DNA of 21,189 nucleotides from Octopus sinensis. Taxonomy: Eukaryota. Shown here in pieces: positions 20,954 through 21,189 of this stretch. Made by a program: the position numbers and the translations under genes. Position 1 is the first letter of the stretch. The number at the start of each line of letters is the position of its first letter. The stretch is from contig NW_021823790.1 of the NCBI RefSeq assembly GCF_006345805.1, positions 1 to 21,189 on the forward strand, given 5' to 3'. The notes under the pieces are model-generated. The model saw nothing but the letters and a program-made list of their open reading frames with translations, was not told the origin of the DNA and ran no database searches.

Positions 20954-21189
20954 TTATTCTCTAATCTATTTGTTTCAGTTATTTGACCGCGGCCATGTTG
21001 GAGCAACAACTTGAAGGGCTTTAGTCAAACAAATTGACCACAGCGTTTATTTTTTAAGCATAGTAATTATTCTATCGGTTGCCGAACCGCTTATATATAT
21101 ATAATATATATATATATATACACGACGGGCTTCTTTCAGTTTCCGTCTCCATTCACAAGACTTTTCCAGGATGGCCGAAAAAATGTCGA
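20954..21189 (-). mobile_element. Family B SINE, inverted relative to 20286-20715; runs off the window end
   Basis: TTGTTTCAGTTATTTGACCGCGGCCATGTTGGAGCA...TTCTATCGGTTGCCGAACCGC, then a TA tract, then GACGGGCTTCTTTCAGTTTCCGTCT. Confidence 0.85.

Overview
Eukaryotic, repeat-dense, apparently intronic or intergenic DNA. I can support no host protein-coding gene. The SINE families and the very high microsatellite load point to an octopod cephalopod (probably Octopus); this rests on recalled repeat families, not a database search. Roughly half the window is simple repeats (TA, CA/GT, GA, GATA/GACA, GAT/GGT/CAT, ATT), and these explain nearly all ORFs in the track. Real elements: (1) an internally deleted mariner remnant (286-557); (2) about 13 copies or fragments of two tRNA-derived SINE families; (3) a 5'-truncated, decayed L1/Tx1-type LINE on the minus strand (13095-14661), with a 71-bp fold-back hairpin at its 5' junction and a 3' terminus matching the 3' tail of one SINE family (33/42 nt, ungapped); (4) a Penelope-type inverted element carrying a minimal type I hammerhead ribozyme motif (18670-18715, minus); (5) a probable decayed tRNA-Asp-like relic. 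The best leads are the hammerhead element, the SINE/LINE shared tail and the LINE fold-back.
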